NCBI RefSeq assembly: GCF_006345805.1
Contig: NC_043021.1
Coordinates: 9,796,001-9,860,000 of the forward strand
Length of the DNA stretch: 64,000 nt
Reading direction: 5' to 3'
Source: Octopus sinensis
Taxonomy: Eukaryota
Below the pieces are notes generated by a model. That model searched no databases. It saw only the letters and a program-made list of their open reading frames with translations, and was not told where the DNA came from. The position numbers and the translations under genes are program-made. This document shows, in pieces, positions 1-11,130 of the stretch. Numbering within the stretch: position 1 is the stretch's first letter; every line of letters begins with the position of its first letter.

Positions 1-293
1 ATAAATGCTCATCATTGAAAGTCACCTCTACTTCACTAGCATGGTTGTGTAGTTAAGATGTTCTCTGTTCAACTGTGTAGTTTCGAGTTCAATTCCATTA
101 GTAGAAAGAAACTGTGTAGAGTCTCTTTCTGTTCTTGGCTAGTGGAATTAATCCATTGCCCTGTTTAAGACCACATTTAGTCCTTGGCCTTTTAGTGGAC
201 TTTGTTGCAAGCCATTAGTGTTTTGAGGGAAAAATTGGGCGCATAAGAGGAATTCGGGTTAGCATAAAATAAAAGAGAAAAAAAACAAAAACA

Positions 294-668
294 GCGTAGG
301 AGTGGCTGTGTGGTAAGTAGCTTGCTTACCAACCACATGGTTCCGGGTTCATTCCCACTGCGTGGCACCTTGGGCAAGTGTCTTCTACTATAGCCTCAGG
401 CCGACCAAATCCTTGTGAGTGCATTTGGCAAACAGAAACTGAAAGAAGCCCGTCGTATATATGTGTGTGTGTGTGTTTGTCCCCCAGCATCGCTTGACAA
501 CCGATGCTGGTGTGTTTACATCCCTGTAACTTAGCGTTTCAGCAAAAGAGAGCGATAGAATAAGTACTAGGCTTACAAAGAATAAGTCTTGGGGTCGATT
601 TGCTCGACTAAAGGTGGTGCTCCAGCATGGCCACAGTCAAATGACTGAAACAAGTAAAAGAGTAAGAG
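294..668 (+). mobile_element. tRNA-derived SINE family A (abundant ~400-bp element)
   Basis: Head GGCGCAGGAGTGGCTGTGTGGTAAG...GGTTCAGTCCCAC (A/B-box-like), central (TA/TG)n, tail GAAACAAGTAAAAGAG; >10 near-identical copies in the window. Confidence 0.85.
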
Positions 669-908
669 TAGTGTGAAAAGGGTTGAAGAATGAAAGGACC
701 AAGTCCTCATTTTGATCAGCAATTAGTTTGATCACGGCTATCTTGGAGTTAAACAAACCACAGCACTGTTACATTTATTGCATCTCAGACTTTTTTGTTT
801 TTCACTGTTTCATTCCTCATTCTTTTAAGTTTCTGTTATTTTTAAGAAAAAAAAAATCTTGTCCCCATTTGTTCCATTTAACCAATTTTCTATTTTTCCA
901 TTGTCCAG

Positions 909-957
909 CACTCCTCCATAGATTCCGATGATAACTTCACAGGATATATTCCCATTG
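909..957 (+). CDS. MRPL58: ICT1/MRPL58 internal exon (first in window)
   Basis: Polypyrimidine tract + CAG (AG 907-908); reads ..DDNFTGYIPI; donor GTGAGT at 958. An in-frame alternative AG at 920-921 cannot be excluded. Confidence 0.8.
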
Positions 958-3900
958 GTGAGTATTTTTTGTTTTGTTTTGTTTCCTCATGGGTTATTTA
1001 TTCATTCTTGGTAGCTAAATGAAGTGTCAATCACCACCATCATCATTTAACGTCCATTTTCCATACTGGCATGGGTTGGACAGTTTAACTGGAGCTTGTA
1101 AGGCCAGAGGCTGCACCAGGCATGGTTTCTACAGCTGGATGCCCTTCCTAACACCAACCTCTCCATAGAGTGTACTGGGTGTTTTGTATGTGGCACCAGC
1201 ACCAGTGTGTTTTATGTGTCACCTGCACCAGTATCAATTCTGCTGTGGCAGTTGTGTCTTCTTGAGTACAGGAATGCGCCAGACATCTTGGTCCTTAGTC
1301 ATCTCCTTTGTAAGGATCAGTGTCTTGAGACCAGCCTTCAACACTTTGTCCCACATCTTCCTGGGTCCCCCTCTTCCACAAACTTTATCCACTTCAAGTG
1401 ATCGGCACTTTTGTATACAACTCTACATTCATAAGTATCACACAACCAAACCAGCACAGTCTTCTCTCTCTGAAAGAAGCCCGTCGTATATATGTATATA
1501 TATATATGTGTGTGTGTATGTTTGTGCGTCTGTGTTTGTCCCCAACATCACTTGACAACTGATGCTGGCGTGTTTACGTCCCTGTAACTTAGCGGTTTGA
1601 CAAAAGAGACCAATAGAATAAGTACTAGGCTTACAAAGAATAGGTCCTTGGGTCGATTTGCTCGACTAAAGGTGGTGCTCCAGCATGGCCACAATCAGAT
1701 GACTGAAACAAGTAAAGGAGTTATGTGACGTTTTCATTGGCAAAATGAAATAACTGAAGTTACAAGATTTGAATTGTGACCATGTGGCCACTGGTTGAGT
1801 ACTTTTGCCCTTTAGCATTCAGATTATTCTAGGCGTAGCTGTGTGGTAAGAAGCTTACTTTCCAACCACATGGTTCCGGGTTCAGTCCCACTGTGCAGCA
1901 CCATAGGCAAGTGTCTCCTGTTTTAGCCTCATATCTAGCTGTCTTAAAAAATGAAGAACCTGATAGATAATGAAGTCGTTGTTTGATAGGCTACAGTTGA
2001 AAACAACAAGGTAATCATAGCTGGAACAACTTTGATCATAGGCCTGGTTGATAAGATTTGACCTGGGGCTAAACAACTACACATTATCACATCATACTAG
2101 AAAACTTTATCAAATCCACTCACAAGGCTTTAGTTGGCCTGGGGCTATAGTAGAAGACACTTGCCTAAGGTGCCATGCAATGGGACTGAACCCCAAAAAC
2201 ATGTGGTTGGAAAGCAAACTTCTTTTCACACAGCCATGCCTGTTTGTTTGTTCCTTCTTGATCCATGCCTGGCTCATAAGGGCTGGTTTACCGGTTTCCT
2301 TGGTGTATAGGTTCCCCACCTGGACAGGACGCCGGTCCGTCGCAAGTGAGCTGCAAGATGCAGGAGGAAAGAGTGAGAGAAAGTTGTGGCGAAAGAGTCA
2401 GCAGAAGTTTGCTATTACCTTCTGCCAGAGCCGCGTGGAGATTAAGTTTTTCGCTCATAAACACACACATCGCCTAGTCTGAGATTCGAACCTGCGATCC
2501 CTTGATTGCGAGTCCGCTGCTCTAACCATTAAGCCATGTGCCTCCACTAGCCATGCCTGCACCTGTGTTATATTTCTAAGAGGTTACTGATACTTTCTCT
2601 AATATTTTGTCTTCTTAATACAGATATCTCCATTCTCTAATTTTCTAATATTTGATGTTTCCATTCTTCAGATAAACTTCAAATCAGTCATATGAAATCA
2701 AGTGGTCCAGGTGGACAAAATGTTAATAAAGGTAAGAGAGCATATTTATACTTGAGAGCTGTGTGGAGTGTTTAGGGAAGGGTAGCATCTCTGATTGAAG
2801 CACATGTTTTGTTCATCCTCAGTCTGACACTTGACCCATGGTGGCTCCAAGAGGTTTTAAGATGCTCAGTGGCACAGACGTGACTCTGTGGTAAGAAGTT
2901 TGCTTCCTAACCACGTGCTGCCGGGTTCAGTTTCATTGTGTGACACTTTGGCCAAGTGTCTGCCATTCCAGCCCTAAGCCAACCAAGATGTGAGTGGATT
3001 TGGTAGACAACCAACCCCATCACTGAAATATCAATGCTACCAGATTATGCATGATTATTTCAAGCTAATTGTGAATAAAGATTACATTTGAGAGAGTGAT
3101 CATCATCATCATCATCATCATCGTTTAACGTCCGTTCTCCATGCTAGCATGGGTTGGATGGTTCAACCGGGGATCTGGGAAGCCAGAAGGCTGCACCAGG
3201 CTCCAGTCTTATCTGGCAATGTTTCTACAGCTGGATGCCCTTCCTAACGCCAACCACTTTGTGAGTGTAGTGGGTGCATTTTACGTGCCACCTGCACAGG
3301 TGCCAGGCGAGGCTGGCAACGGCCACAGTCGGATTGGTGTATTTTATGTGCCACCGGCACGGAAGCCAGTTGAGGCAGCGCTGGCATTGGCCACGAGTCG
3401 GATAGTGCTTTTTACGTACCACCAGACCAGGGATCCTGGCTGGTTCAATTCAATTTCGATTTCACTTTTGCTTGCCCCAACATCTGTCTGGTAAATGGTA
3501 AAAACCAACCTATGAAAATGCTTTGGACAAGCAAAGGATTAAGTGGTTCATAATAGGAAGGGCACTAAGCCATAGAAGCCATGTTGGAGTATAGGGATAT
3601 AGTATATGTAAAACTGTATTACTTAATATACAGTGCTACTTTGGCATGTGATCCACAAGGGAGATTACTTTGTTGCTTTTTAGTTTACTTTTCAATTTAT
3701 GAAAACCTGTAAGATGTTGGCTAAAGATTTGTACAATGTGATCAGTGATGAGACAAAGGCAGTTACATTTTTACAAGAAACCAGCACTAAATTTACATCA
3801 TGTCTTAAAAAAAAGAAAGGTGCTACTTTGGCATGTGATCGACAATTTAAAGGGAGATTACTTCAGGTTACTTTTTAGTTTCCTTTGCATTAGCGCTACT

Positions 3901-6357
3901 TTCCACGTGATCTACGTGAGCAAATTTACTTTGGTGGGTGTTCTATGCACTTATTTTGATTATTATATGGTTTTCTTATAACTAAAATAGTAAGAGTTTT
4001 GAAAAAATACATCTACAATGCTAAGTATGTCCAAAATGATTTTAAAGGTAACCTAAAATAATCTCCCTTGTAGATCACACACCAAAGTAGCACCTAATAT
4101 ACTTAGGATAACCTGGTCCTAGATACACTGTTTCTAAGTAAAAGATGGAGCACATTGGTTGCGACATCACCGGTGCCAAGCTGTATTGGCCTTTGCCTTT
4201 CTCTTGGATAACATCAGTGGTGTGAGGAGGGGAGGCTGGCATGCATGCACAACTGCTAGTCTTCCATAAACAATCTTGCCCAGACTTGTGTCTCCAAGGG
4301 GAAATTTCCAAGTGCAATCCCATGATCATTCATGACCGAAGGGGATCTATATAGATACACTATGTCTGAATAAAAGACAGGACTTATTTGATAATGTAGT
4401 CCTAGGTACACTATATCTGAATAAAGGTAAGATGATGGGTGCTAGAACACTTTTGATTATAGGCAATCTGGGAGCTAAATAACAACAATTAGTTAACTTT
4501 TCATTATTACTTCTGACACAGGTATTTAGCTGGCAGAATCATTAGCACGCTGGGCAAAATGCTTAGCAGCATTTCGTATGTCTTTATGTTCTGAGTTCAA
4601 ATTCCACCAAGGTTGTTTCGTGGTCAATAAAATAAATGCCAATTGAGCTCTGGGGTTCATTAATCAACTTGGCCCTTCCCTCGAATTTACTGGCCTTGTG
4701 CAAAATTTGAAACCTGTGTTGCATCTGAATCTCTGATGTCGTTTCCTTTTGCTTACAGTTAACACAAAAGTTGAAGTACGTTTTCATATTCAGTCCGCAA
4801 CATGGATACCCTCCTGGATCAAGACAAAAGTGATAGAAGAGGTAAGTTACAGAATCAATTGTTGTCTTATTTGGATCTCATTCCCTATCAGTTCAGTGTT
4901 ATAGTACTTTTATCATCATCATCACCATCATTTAATGTCCATTTTCCATGCTGCCATGGGTTGGACAGTTTGACCACAGCTGGAAAACTAGAGAACTGTG
5001 CCAGGTTCCAGTTTGATTTGGCACGGTTTCAACAGCTGGATGCCCTTCCTAATGCCAACTGCTTTACAGTGTGTTCTGGGTTAACATTTCTGCCGTGGAG
5101 TACGGGTCTCCTTGAGTACCTTATCTGATTCGAAAACAAACTCTTTTATCTTCACAGAATCACACGAAAATAAACAAAGAAGGATTCCTTATTGTGACAT
5201 CAGATCGTACACGAAAGCAGCTTCTGAACCAAGCTGACTGCATGCAAAAGCTACGGAATATGATCTTCAAAGCCAGCTTCCAACCTGCTGAGCCTTCTGA
5301 AGAAGATCTTCAAATAAAAGCTGAAAGGTATGTTTTGGGAGTTCATGTAAAATTTTTTACTCCTAATGATTTATTTCTTTTAATTCTTTCACATATTTCA
5401 AGGCACATACATGGCTGTGTGGCTAAGCAGTTTGCTTCCCAACCACATGGTTTTTGGGTTCAGTTCCATTGTATGGCACCTTTGGCAAGTGTCTTCTATA
5501 GCCTTGGGTCAACCAAGCCTTGTTAGTGTATTTAGTAGATGGAAACTAAATGAAGCCTGTCGTATATATATATATATATATATTAGTGTGTGTTTGTGCA
5601 TGTTTATATTTGTGACACCAGTTGTCAGGTGGTGACGGTGGGGGACAAACAGACACACACACACACATATATTTACGATGGGTTTCTTCCAGTTTCTTAT
5701 TTCTTCACTGCCCACAAGGGGCTATACACAGAGGGGACAAACAAGAACAGACAAAGGGAATAAGTCGATTACATCAACCTCAGTGCGTAAGCAAGCTGGC
5801 AGAAACATTAGCACGCCAGGCGAAATGCTTAGCAGTACTTCGTCTGCCGCTACGTTCTGAGTTCAAATTCCGCCGAGGTCAACATTGTCTTTCATCCTTT
5901 CGGGGTCGATTAAATAAGTACCAATTACACATTGGGGTCGATATAATCGACTTAATCCACTTGTCTGTCCTTGTTTGTCCCCTCTTTGTGTAGCCCCTTG
6001 TGGGCAGTAAAGAAATAGGCATTTACTTAATCGACCCCGAAAGGATGAAAGGCTAAGTCGACCTCGGTGGAATTTGAACTCAGAACGTAGCGGCAGACTA
6101 AATACCACTAAGCATTTCACCCGGCGTGCTAACATTTCTGTCAGCTCACCGCCTTCAAATTTTCCCCAAATTTCTGTCCTTGTACTGCCTCTATCAGAAA
6201 TCATTATAAATATTATTATTTTACTATAATGCTGAAATAATTTAATTCTCTTTTTTTGTTTAGGGAAGCAAAGGCCCAAAGATTAAGAATCAAAACCAAG
6301 CGTGAACATTCATTAAAGAAACAGTCACGACAATCTTCTGGTTATGTCTCCATGTGA
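909..6357 (+). CDS. MRPL58: Mitochondrial peptidyl-tRNA hydrolase ICT1 / mitoribosomal mL62, 5'-partial; exons 909-957, 2672-2731, 4759-4841, 5158-5327, 6264-6357
   Basis: Spliced translation HSSIDSDDNFTGYIPI-DKLQISHMKSSGPGGQNVNK-VNTKVEVRFHIQSATWIPSWIKTKVIEE-NHTKINKEGFLIVTSDRTRKQLLNQADCMQKLRNMIFKAS...-REAKAQRLRIKTKREHSLKKQSRQSSGYVSM*. It has the class-I release factor SSGPGGQNVNK motif and a basic C-tail. All introns are GT-AG with matching phases (1,1,0,2). The start exon lies upstream of the window. Confidence 0.93.
2243..2548 (-). mobile_element. tRNA-derived SINE family D with 11-bp TSD, nested in a SINE A head
   Basis: AGCCATGCCTG at 2232-2242 and 2549-2559; head GGAGGCACATGGCTTAATGGTTAGAGCAGCGGACTCG on the minus strand. 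Confidence 0.87.
2672..2731 (+). CDS. MRPL58: ICT1/MRPL58 GGQ exon
   Basis: ttcttcag acceptor; DKLQISHMKSSGPGGQNVNK; donor GTAAG at 2732. Confidence 0.95.
3100..3445 (-). mobile_element. SINE/retroposon family C with (GAT)n end
   Basis: Core CTACAGCTGGATGCCCTTCCTAACGCCAACCAC and (CAT)n terminus; copies at ~1030-1240, 4915-5060, 7310-7700, 7720-7990, 8160-8540, 13835-14100, 43727-43978, 49920-50330. Confidence 0.8.
4759..4841 (+). CDS. MRPL58: ICT1/MRPL58 exon
   Basis: cttacag acceptor; (V)NTKVEVRFHIQSATWIPSWIKTKVIEE; donor GTAAGT at 4842. Confidence 0.93.
5158..5327 (+). CDS. MRPL58: ICT1/MRPL58 exon
   Basis: ttcacag acceptor; NHTKINKEGFLIVTSDRTRKQLLNQADC...KAE; donor GTATGT at 5328. Confidence 0.93.
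5791..6017 (+). mobile_element. SINE family B (GGCGGCGAGCTGGCAGAAACG... head) inserted into an antisense copy of the same family
   Basis: Flanks 5698-5790 and 6023-6152 are the 3' and 5' parts of a minus-strand family-B copy. Confidence 0.82.
6264..6357 (+). CDS. MRPL58: ICT1/MRPL58 last coding exon
   Basis: tttgtttag acceptor; basic tail ending TGA 6355-6357; AATAAA at 6582-6587. Confidence 0.9.
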
Positions 6358-6581
6358 GGAGAAAACTGCCCTGTTTGAAAGAACAGATTTGACTAGTTCG
6401 CCTGTGTTTGATATCACAATACAAAGAGACTTTTCCTGGATTCTGTGTGGAACCAAATAGAGGATAACCCCTATGGACCTTATGTTTTTTTGTTTTTTAG
6501 GAGTTATGTTTTGGTGTTCATAAATCAGAGATCAAAGGACTTTATACTGGAGAATAACTATTGAAATTTTATTATTTATGG

Positions 6582-6587
6582 AATAAA
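6582..6587 (+). terminator. Candidate polyadenylation signal of ICT1/MRPL58
   Basis: AATAAA ~225 nt after the stop, followed by a U-rich stretch. Confidence 0.5.
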
Positions 6588-6864
6588 ATTTTTTTTAAAT
6601 GTATCATTTTATGGTAATTCTTCGTCTTTTATTTTCTACTTATTTCAGTCTTTGGACTATGCCCATTCTTGAGCATCACCTTGAAGGGTTTGGTCAAACA
6701 AATTGACCCCAACACTTATTTTTAAAGCCTAGTTCTAATCTGTCAGTCTCTTTTGTTGAACAACTAAATTATGAGGGACAAAAACAAACTAACACCAGTT
6801 GTCAAATGATGGTGGTGGTGGTGGCGGTGGTGGGGTGGACAAACAATGTATATATATATGTATG

Positions 6865-7296
6865 TTAAATTCAACTTACATTGAAAGTCAACAAAATTTA
6901 CTTTAGAAGCGTTGAGATGTATGGAAAGATACAGATAAGGAAATAATTTTATTCGCAAACACAGGATAATGCTAATAATATAGCATGAACAGGGTAAACT
7001 ACCCATATTTTGCAGAAAAATCTGTTAGTGGCCAGCCATGGAACTTGAACTCACATCCCTGTGATTACGAGGTCAAGTGCTTTACCAATTAGCTAAACTG
7101 CCCAGCGACAAATTCTTCTGTTATTTTAGGACATATAAATCTAGCTTTATAAGATGCTATCATACATTAAATTCAGCTTATGTTGAAAGTCAACAAAGTT
7201 TGTTTTAGAAGTGTTGAGATGTATTATCCTGTTCATGCTGTATTATTAGCATTATCCTGCATTCGAGAATAAAATTATTTCCTTATCTGTATCTTT
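6865..7296. repeat. Composite direct + inverted repeat enclosing a tRNA-like segment
   Basis: Direct repeat 6865-6922 / 7167-7224; inverted repeat 6924-6997 / 7224-7296; tRNA-like sequence 7103-7030 on the minus strand. Confidence 0.7.
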
Positions 7297-8924
7297 TTAC
7301 ATACATATATATATATGATCGTAGAGTGACCCGCTGTTCTTGAGGAGACCTGTTGAGTCAAGTACGTCAACATCAAAATAAATATCAAATGGAAATTGCA
7401 GTCACCGTGCTGGTGACATGTATAAAGCACCGTCCGAATGCGGCAGATACTAGCGTCCGTGTCGGTGACTCGTAAAAGTACCAACCGATCATGGCCGTTT
7501 GCCAGCCTGCTCTGGCCCCTGTGCCGGTGACAGGTAAAAAACACCCACTACATTCACAGAGTGGTTGGCATTAGGAAGGGCATCCAACTGTAGAAACACT
7601 GCCAAATCAGACTAGAGCCTGGTGCAGCCTCCATGGCTTACCAGACCCCGGTTGAACCGTCCAACCCATGCTAGCATGGAAAACAGACGTTAAATGATGT
7701 TGATGATATATAATATATATAATCACCTGGACTGGCTCCTGTGCAGGTGGCATGTAAAAAACACCACTTGAGCGTGGCCATTGCCAATAGCACCTGACTG
7801 GCCCTCGTGCCGGTGACACGTAAAAGCACCCACTACACTCTCGGAGAGGTTGGCGTTAGGAAGGGCATCAAGCTGTAGAAACTCTGCCAGATCAAGACTG
7901 GAGCCTGGTGCAGCCATCTGGTTCGCCAGTCCTCAGTCAAATCGTCCAACCCATGCCAGCATGGAAAGTGGACGTTAAACGATGATGATATATATATATA
8001 TATATATATACTTGTAAACAAGAATTATACCAGTACATAGTGTTGCATTAAATAATAAGTTAAAAACCTATAAGTGCACAGACAAATGGGAAACAGACAT
8101 GAAGATTTGGTGACCATCTGTGTCTGTTTTAGTTGTTTGTGCATTTATTATGATTTTATCATCATCATTGTCAATTAACGTCTGTTTTCCATGCTGGCAT
8201 GGGTTGGACAGTTTGACCGAAAACTGGGGAGCTACACTAGGTTCTAATCTGGTTTGGTAAGGTTTCTACAGCTGGATGCCCTTCTTAACACCAATCATTT
8301 AAAGAGTGTAGTGGGTGCTTTTACATATATATCATTGTCTCATCATGAGTCCAATGCTGACATAGGTTGGACACGATGCAGTGGGTTCAAAGACTGCATC
8401 TTACTCCAGTGTCTGCTTTGGCAAGGTTTCTACAGCTGGATGCACTTTCTAATGCCAACCAGTTACCAGTGTGGTGCACCAGGTGCTTTTTTCATAACAC
8501 CAGCACTAGTGAAGTTGCCATGCAACCTGCAAGACTAAGACCCCCTTTTGACTGAGTGAGATTACAGAAAACAGGGAGGTGGCTTTATGCTGTGAGATGA
8601 TGGATTAAAGAAGGAAAAAAACTTAGATGTAATGTGGTTTGGGATTGTATCACAGTTGATCTCTTCCTTAGGTGACAACTACAGAAGTTCTTAGACAAGA
8701 ATAAGTCTCTGTAACTAACATTTGTTAACCAAGAGAAGGCCTTTGGTTTCATTAGGTACCATGCTCTGTAATCTGGGGGTTTCTAAGCAACGTATATGCA
8801 GGAATGAAATTTGCTTTGGGAGTGCAAACCTAATTTTTCAAGAGGATGTTGAAATCATTTTCATTGCCCCCAAGAAATTTTAGTGAGTGTGTTTGCATCT
8901 GCTGCATTCTTTATTCCTGACACT

Positions 8925-9060
8925 ATGCTAAGAAAACTTGATATAAATGAATGGCTTATGTGAGCCATGCAATCCATAAACATTCCTTACAGAATTTAGC
9001 ATGCTGGGAGACATCAATCAGAGCACAGTCCTTAGCCCATCCCTGTGTATTATAAGTTCT
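8925..9060 (+). mobile_element. Decayed RTE-clade LINE reverse-transcriptase fragment
   Basis: LRKLDINEWLM*AMQS and GDINQSTVLSPSLCII resemble RTE LRKLGVxEWLV..MY and GVHQGSVLSPLLF. Confidence 0.55.
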
Positions 9061-9121
9061 GTGAGGTATCCATCTACTACATCATCCATTTTCTCCACCT
9101 TGGAAGAGTGATGGGAGTTCT

Positions 9122-9424
9122 GGTTTTCCTTCCCGAGCCATGCCTGGCTCATAAGGGCCAGTTTTCCTGGTTTCCTTGGCGTATAAGTTCCCCACCTGGA
9201 TGGGACACCAGTCCATCACAGGTGAGCTGCAAGATGCAGGAGGAAAGAGTGAGAGAAATTTGTGGTGAAAGAGTTAGCAGAAGTTCGCCATTACCTTCTG
9301 CCGGAGCCACGTGGAGCTTAGGTGTTTCGCTCATAAACACACACATCAGCCGGTCTGAGATTCAAACCCGTGATCCATCAACCGTGAGTCCGCTGCTCTA
9401 ACCACTAGGCCATGTGCTTCTACT
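9122..9424 (-). mobile_element. SINE family D with 13-bp TSD
   Basis: TGATGGGAGTTCT at 9109-9121 and 9425-9437. Confidence 0.88.
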
Positions 9425-10258
9425 TGATGGGAGTTCTCAGGTGCCTCCTCCCATAGGATTCTATTAAAATCTACCATCATTGGAGTGTAGCCAACTGAAC
9501 TAATGGATATTATTCATTGATCTTCTGATGGTTGGCTCAGCTTGAAGACTATTTGCAATTCTTTCATTTGACCTTCTAATCACATGTCTGTAGTGCTAGA
9601 GATGTAACTCAATGCAGACAAGTAGTAGCTCAACTTGGAGAAACAACTTCATCTCCAAGTTATGCACCCTGTCAAGTAAACGTTACTCCAGAGATTGTTC
9701 GAAGGAATCCCATTTTGATTGTTTGTAGTTGTGGTCATACTCTTTTGCTCATTAACCAACATTTATGACCAAAATGAGAATGGGCATGAAAACCAAACTG
9801 AAGATAGCAAGTTTAGCTTTTTTTTTTACCAACCTTTCCTCTTCTGAGAATTGACTGATGAAGCTGGCCCCTTACTGTGTCAGCACCTGCAATTCTAGTA
9901 TCCAGTTCAGCCTCCTTTGGGACATGAATGAGGAATATAAGACTTGATGTTTGTGGGAAATTTTATATGTTAATGATTTAATTCATATTGTCAATTCTGT
10001 CAAAGAATTAGAGAAGTATTTCTAAACATGAAAGCAAAGCCTAGAATCAACAGCCAAAAAAGAAACTTAATGAAGGCAAGAGTCTGCATCATGGCTTCAA
10101 CCTGCTAGAAATGCCAGTCAAGTCTTCCACAACTCAAATATTACTATCTTAATTAAAGAAAGACAGATTGAATGTCTAAAGAGATTGGAGAGTTGTAAGT
10201 GGCTCAGCTTTGGTCATAGGTTTGTTCCATTAAAATTGACTAGGAACTAAACATCAAA

Positions 10259-10297
<39 letters not shown>

Positions 10298-10298
<1 letters not shown>

Positions 10299-10529
10299 AT
10301 TGCAGCGTGGAAGGTGTTTATAAGCCATTTAAGAAACACACAAAAACCGTTAGATTCACTTCAACATTTAAATTTAGTTTATCAAAACATTTTCGTCGCT
10401 TTGAGACTGCGACCTGTTGTGTGTTTCTTAAATGGCTTATAAACACCTTCCACGCTGCAATTGTTTTCGTTCCAGCACACGATCTCAGATCAGGTCACTT
10501 GCTATGCAAGTACATCTCCGTAATATATA
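10298..10529 (-). mobile_element. Penelope-like pLTR-type repeat, rearranged copy with a 44-bp inverted repeat
   Basis: Nearly identical to 50070-50278; the 5' helix-I/core segment is replaced by an inverted copy of the element end; sits in (TA)n. Confidence 0.7.
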
Positions 10530-10986
10530 TATATATATAATCGAAAACACCTACTCAATGTATGTGCTTTGCTTGTTTAACAGTTGGTTGTGATTTGACA
10601 CAGTGGAGGTGTTTATAAATACCACTGGGCTCTTTTGCCAAACCATTGAGTTATGGGAATGTTGCTATTGATTATCATTCTATCTTCTCTGTTCGGTTAA
10701 GCTTCTTCTTCCCTCGTTCACCTAGGACGTGACTTCTGAGCATTTCACATTCGCTCTCTTTTCCAATCTTCTCTTGTTCCCCCACTCCTTCAATTCGAAT
10801 TGCTTGTTTACTAACCCAATGACTAAATCTACACACACACACGTTCTCTCTCGGATGAGGAACAAATGTCCGAAAGGTTAGATTATTCCCTCTTCGCTGC
10901 AGTCATTCATGAATTGCGTCAAACTGGATTATCTCCCTTGGACTCAGTCATTATCTCCCCTTAGTTCCTCTAACCAGTTTACAAAC

Positions 10987-11130
10987 ATGGCTGCATTTCG
11001 TCGTCCACTGACGACCTTGGCGTTGTCTCAGGCAATACACAAACCTTTCATCACTCCTCAGGCTCCATGTTCTATGTTAGCAAGGACATGTAACCCGGGC
11101 ACTGTTGAGAAAGTAACTCATACTGGACAG
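10987..11130 (+). CDS. NDUFS6: NDUFS6 exon 1
   Basis: ATG 10987; ends EKVTHTGQ; donor GTAGGT at 11131. Confidence 0.93.

Noticed and set aside
192-377. Recurrent short ORFs such as MPKVPRSGNEPGTMW.. / [24 protein letters not shown]
   Set aside because: Translations of SINE A/B/C/D sequence repeated across the window; not genes
7030-7103. Functional tRNA-Thr gene; also the SINE heads at 49445, 57708, 16290
   Set aside because: Anticodon and T stems are broken; these are tRNA-derived repeat heads
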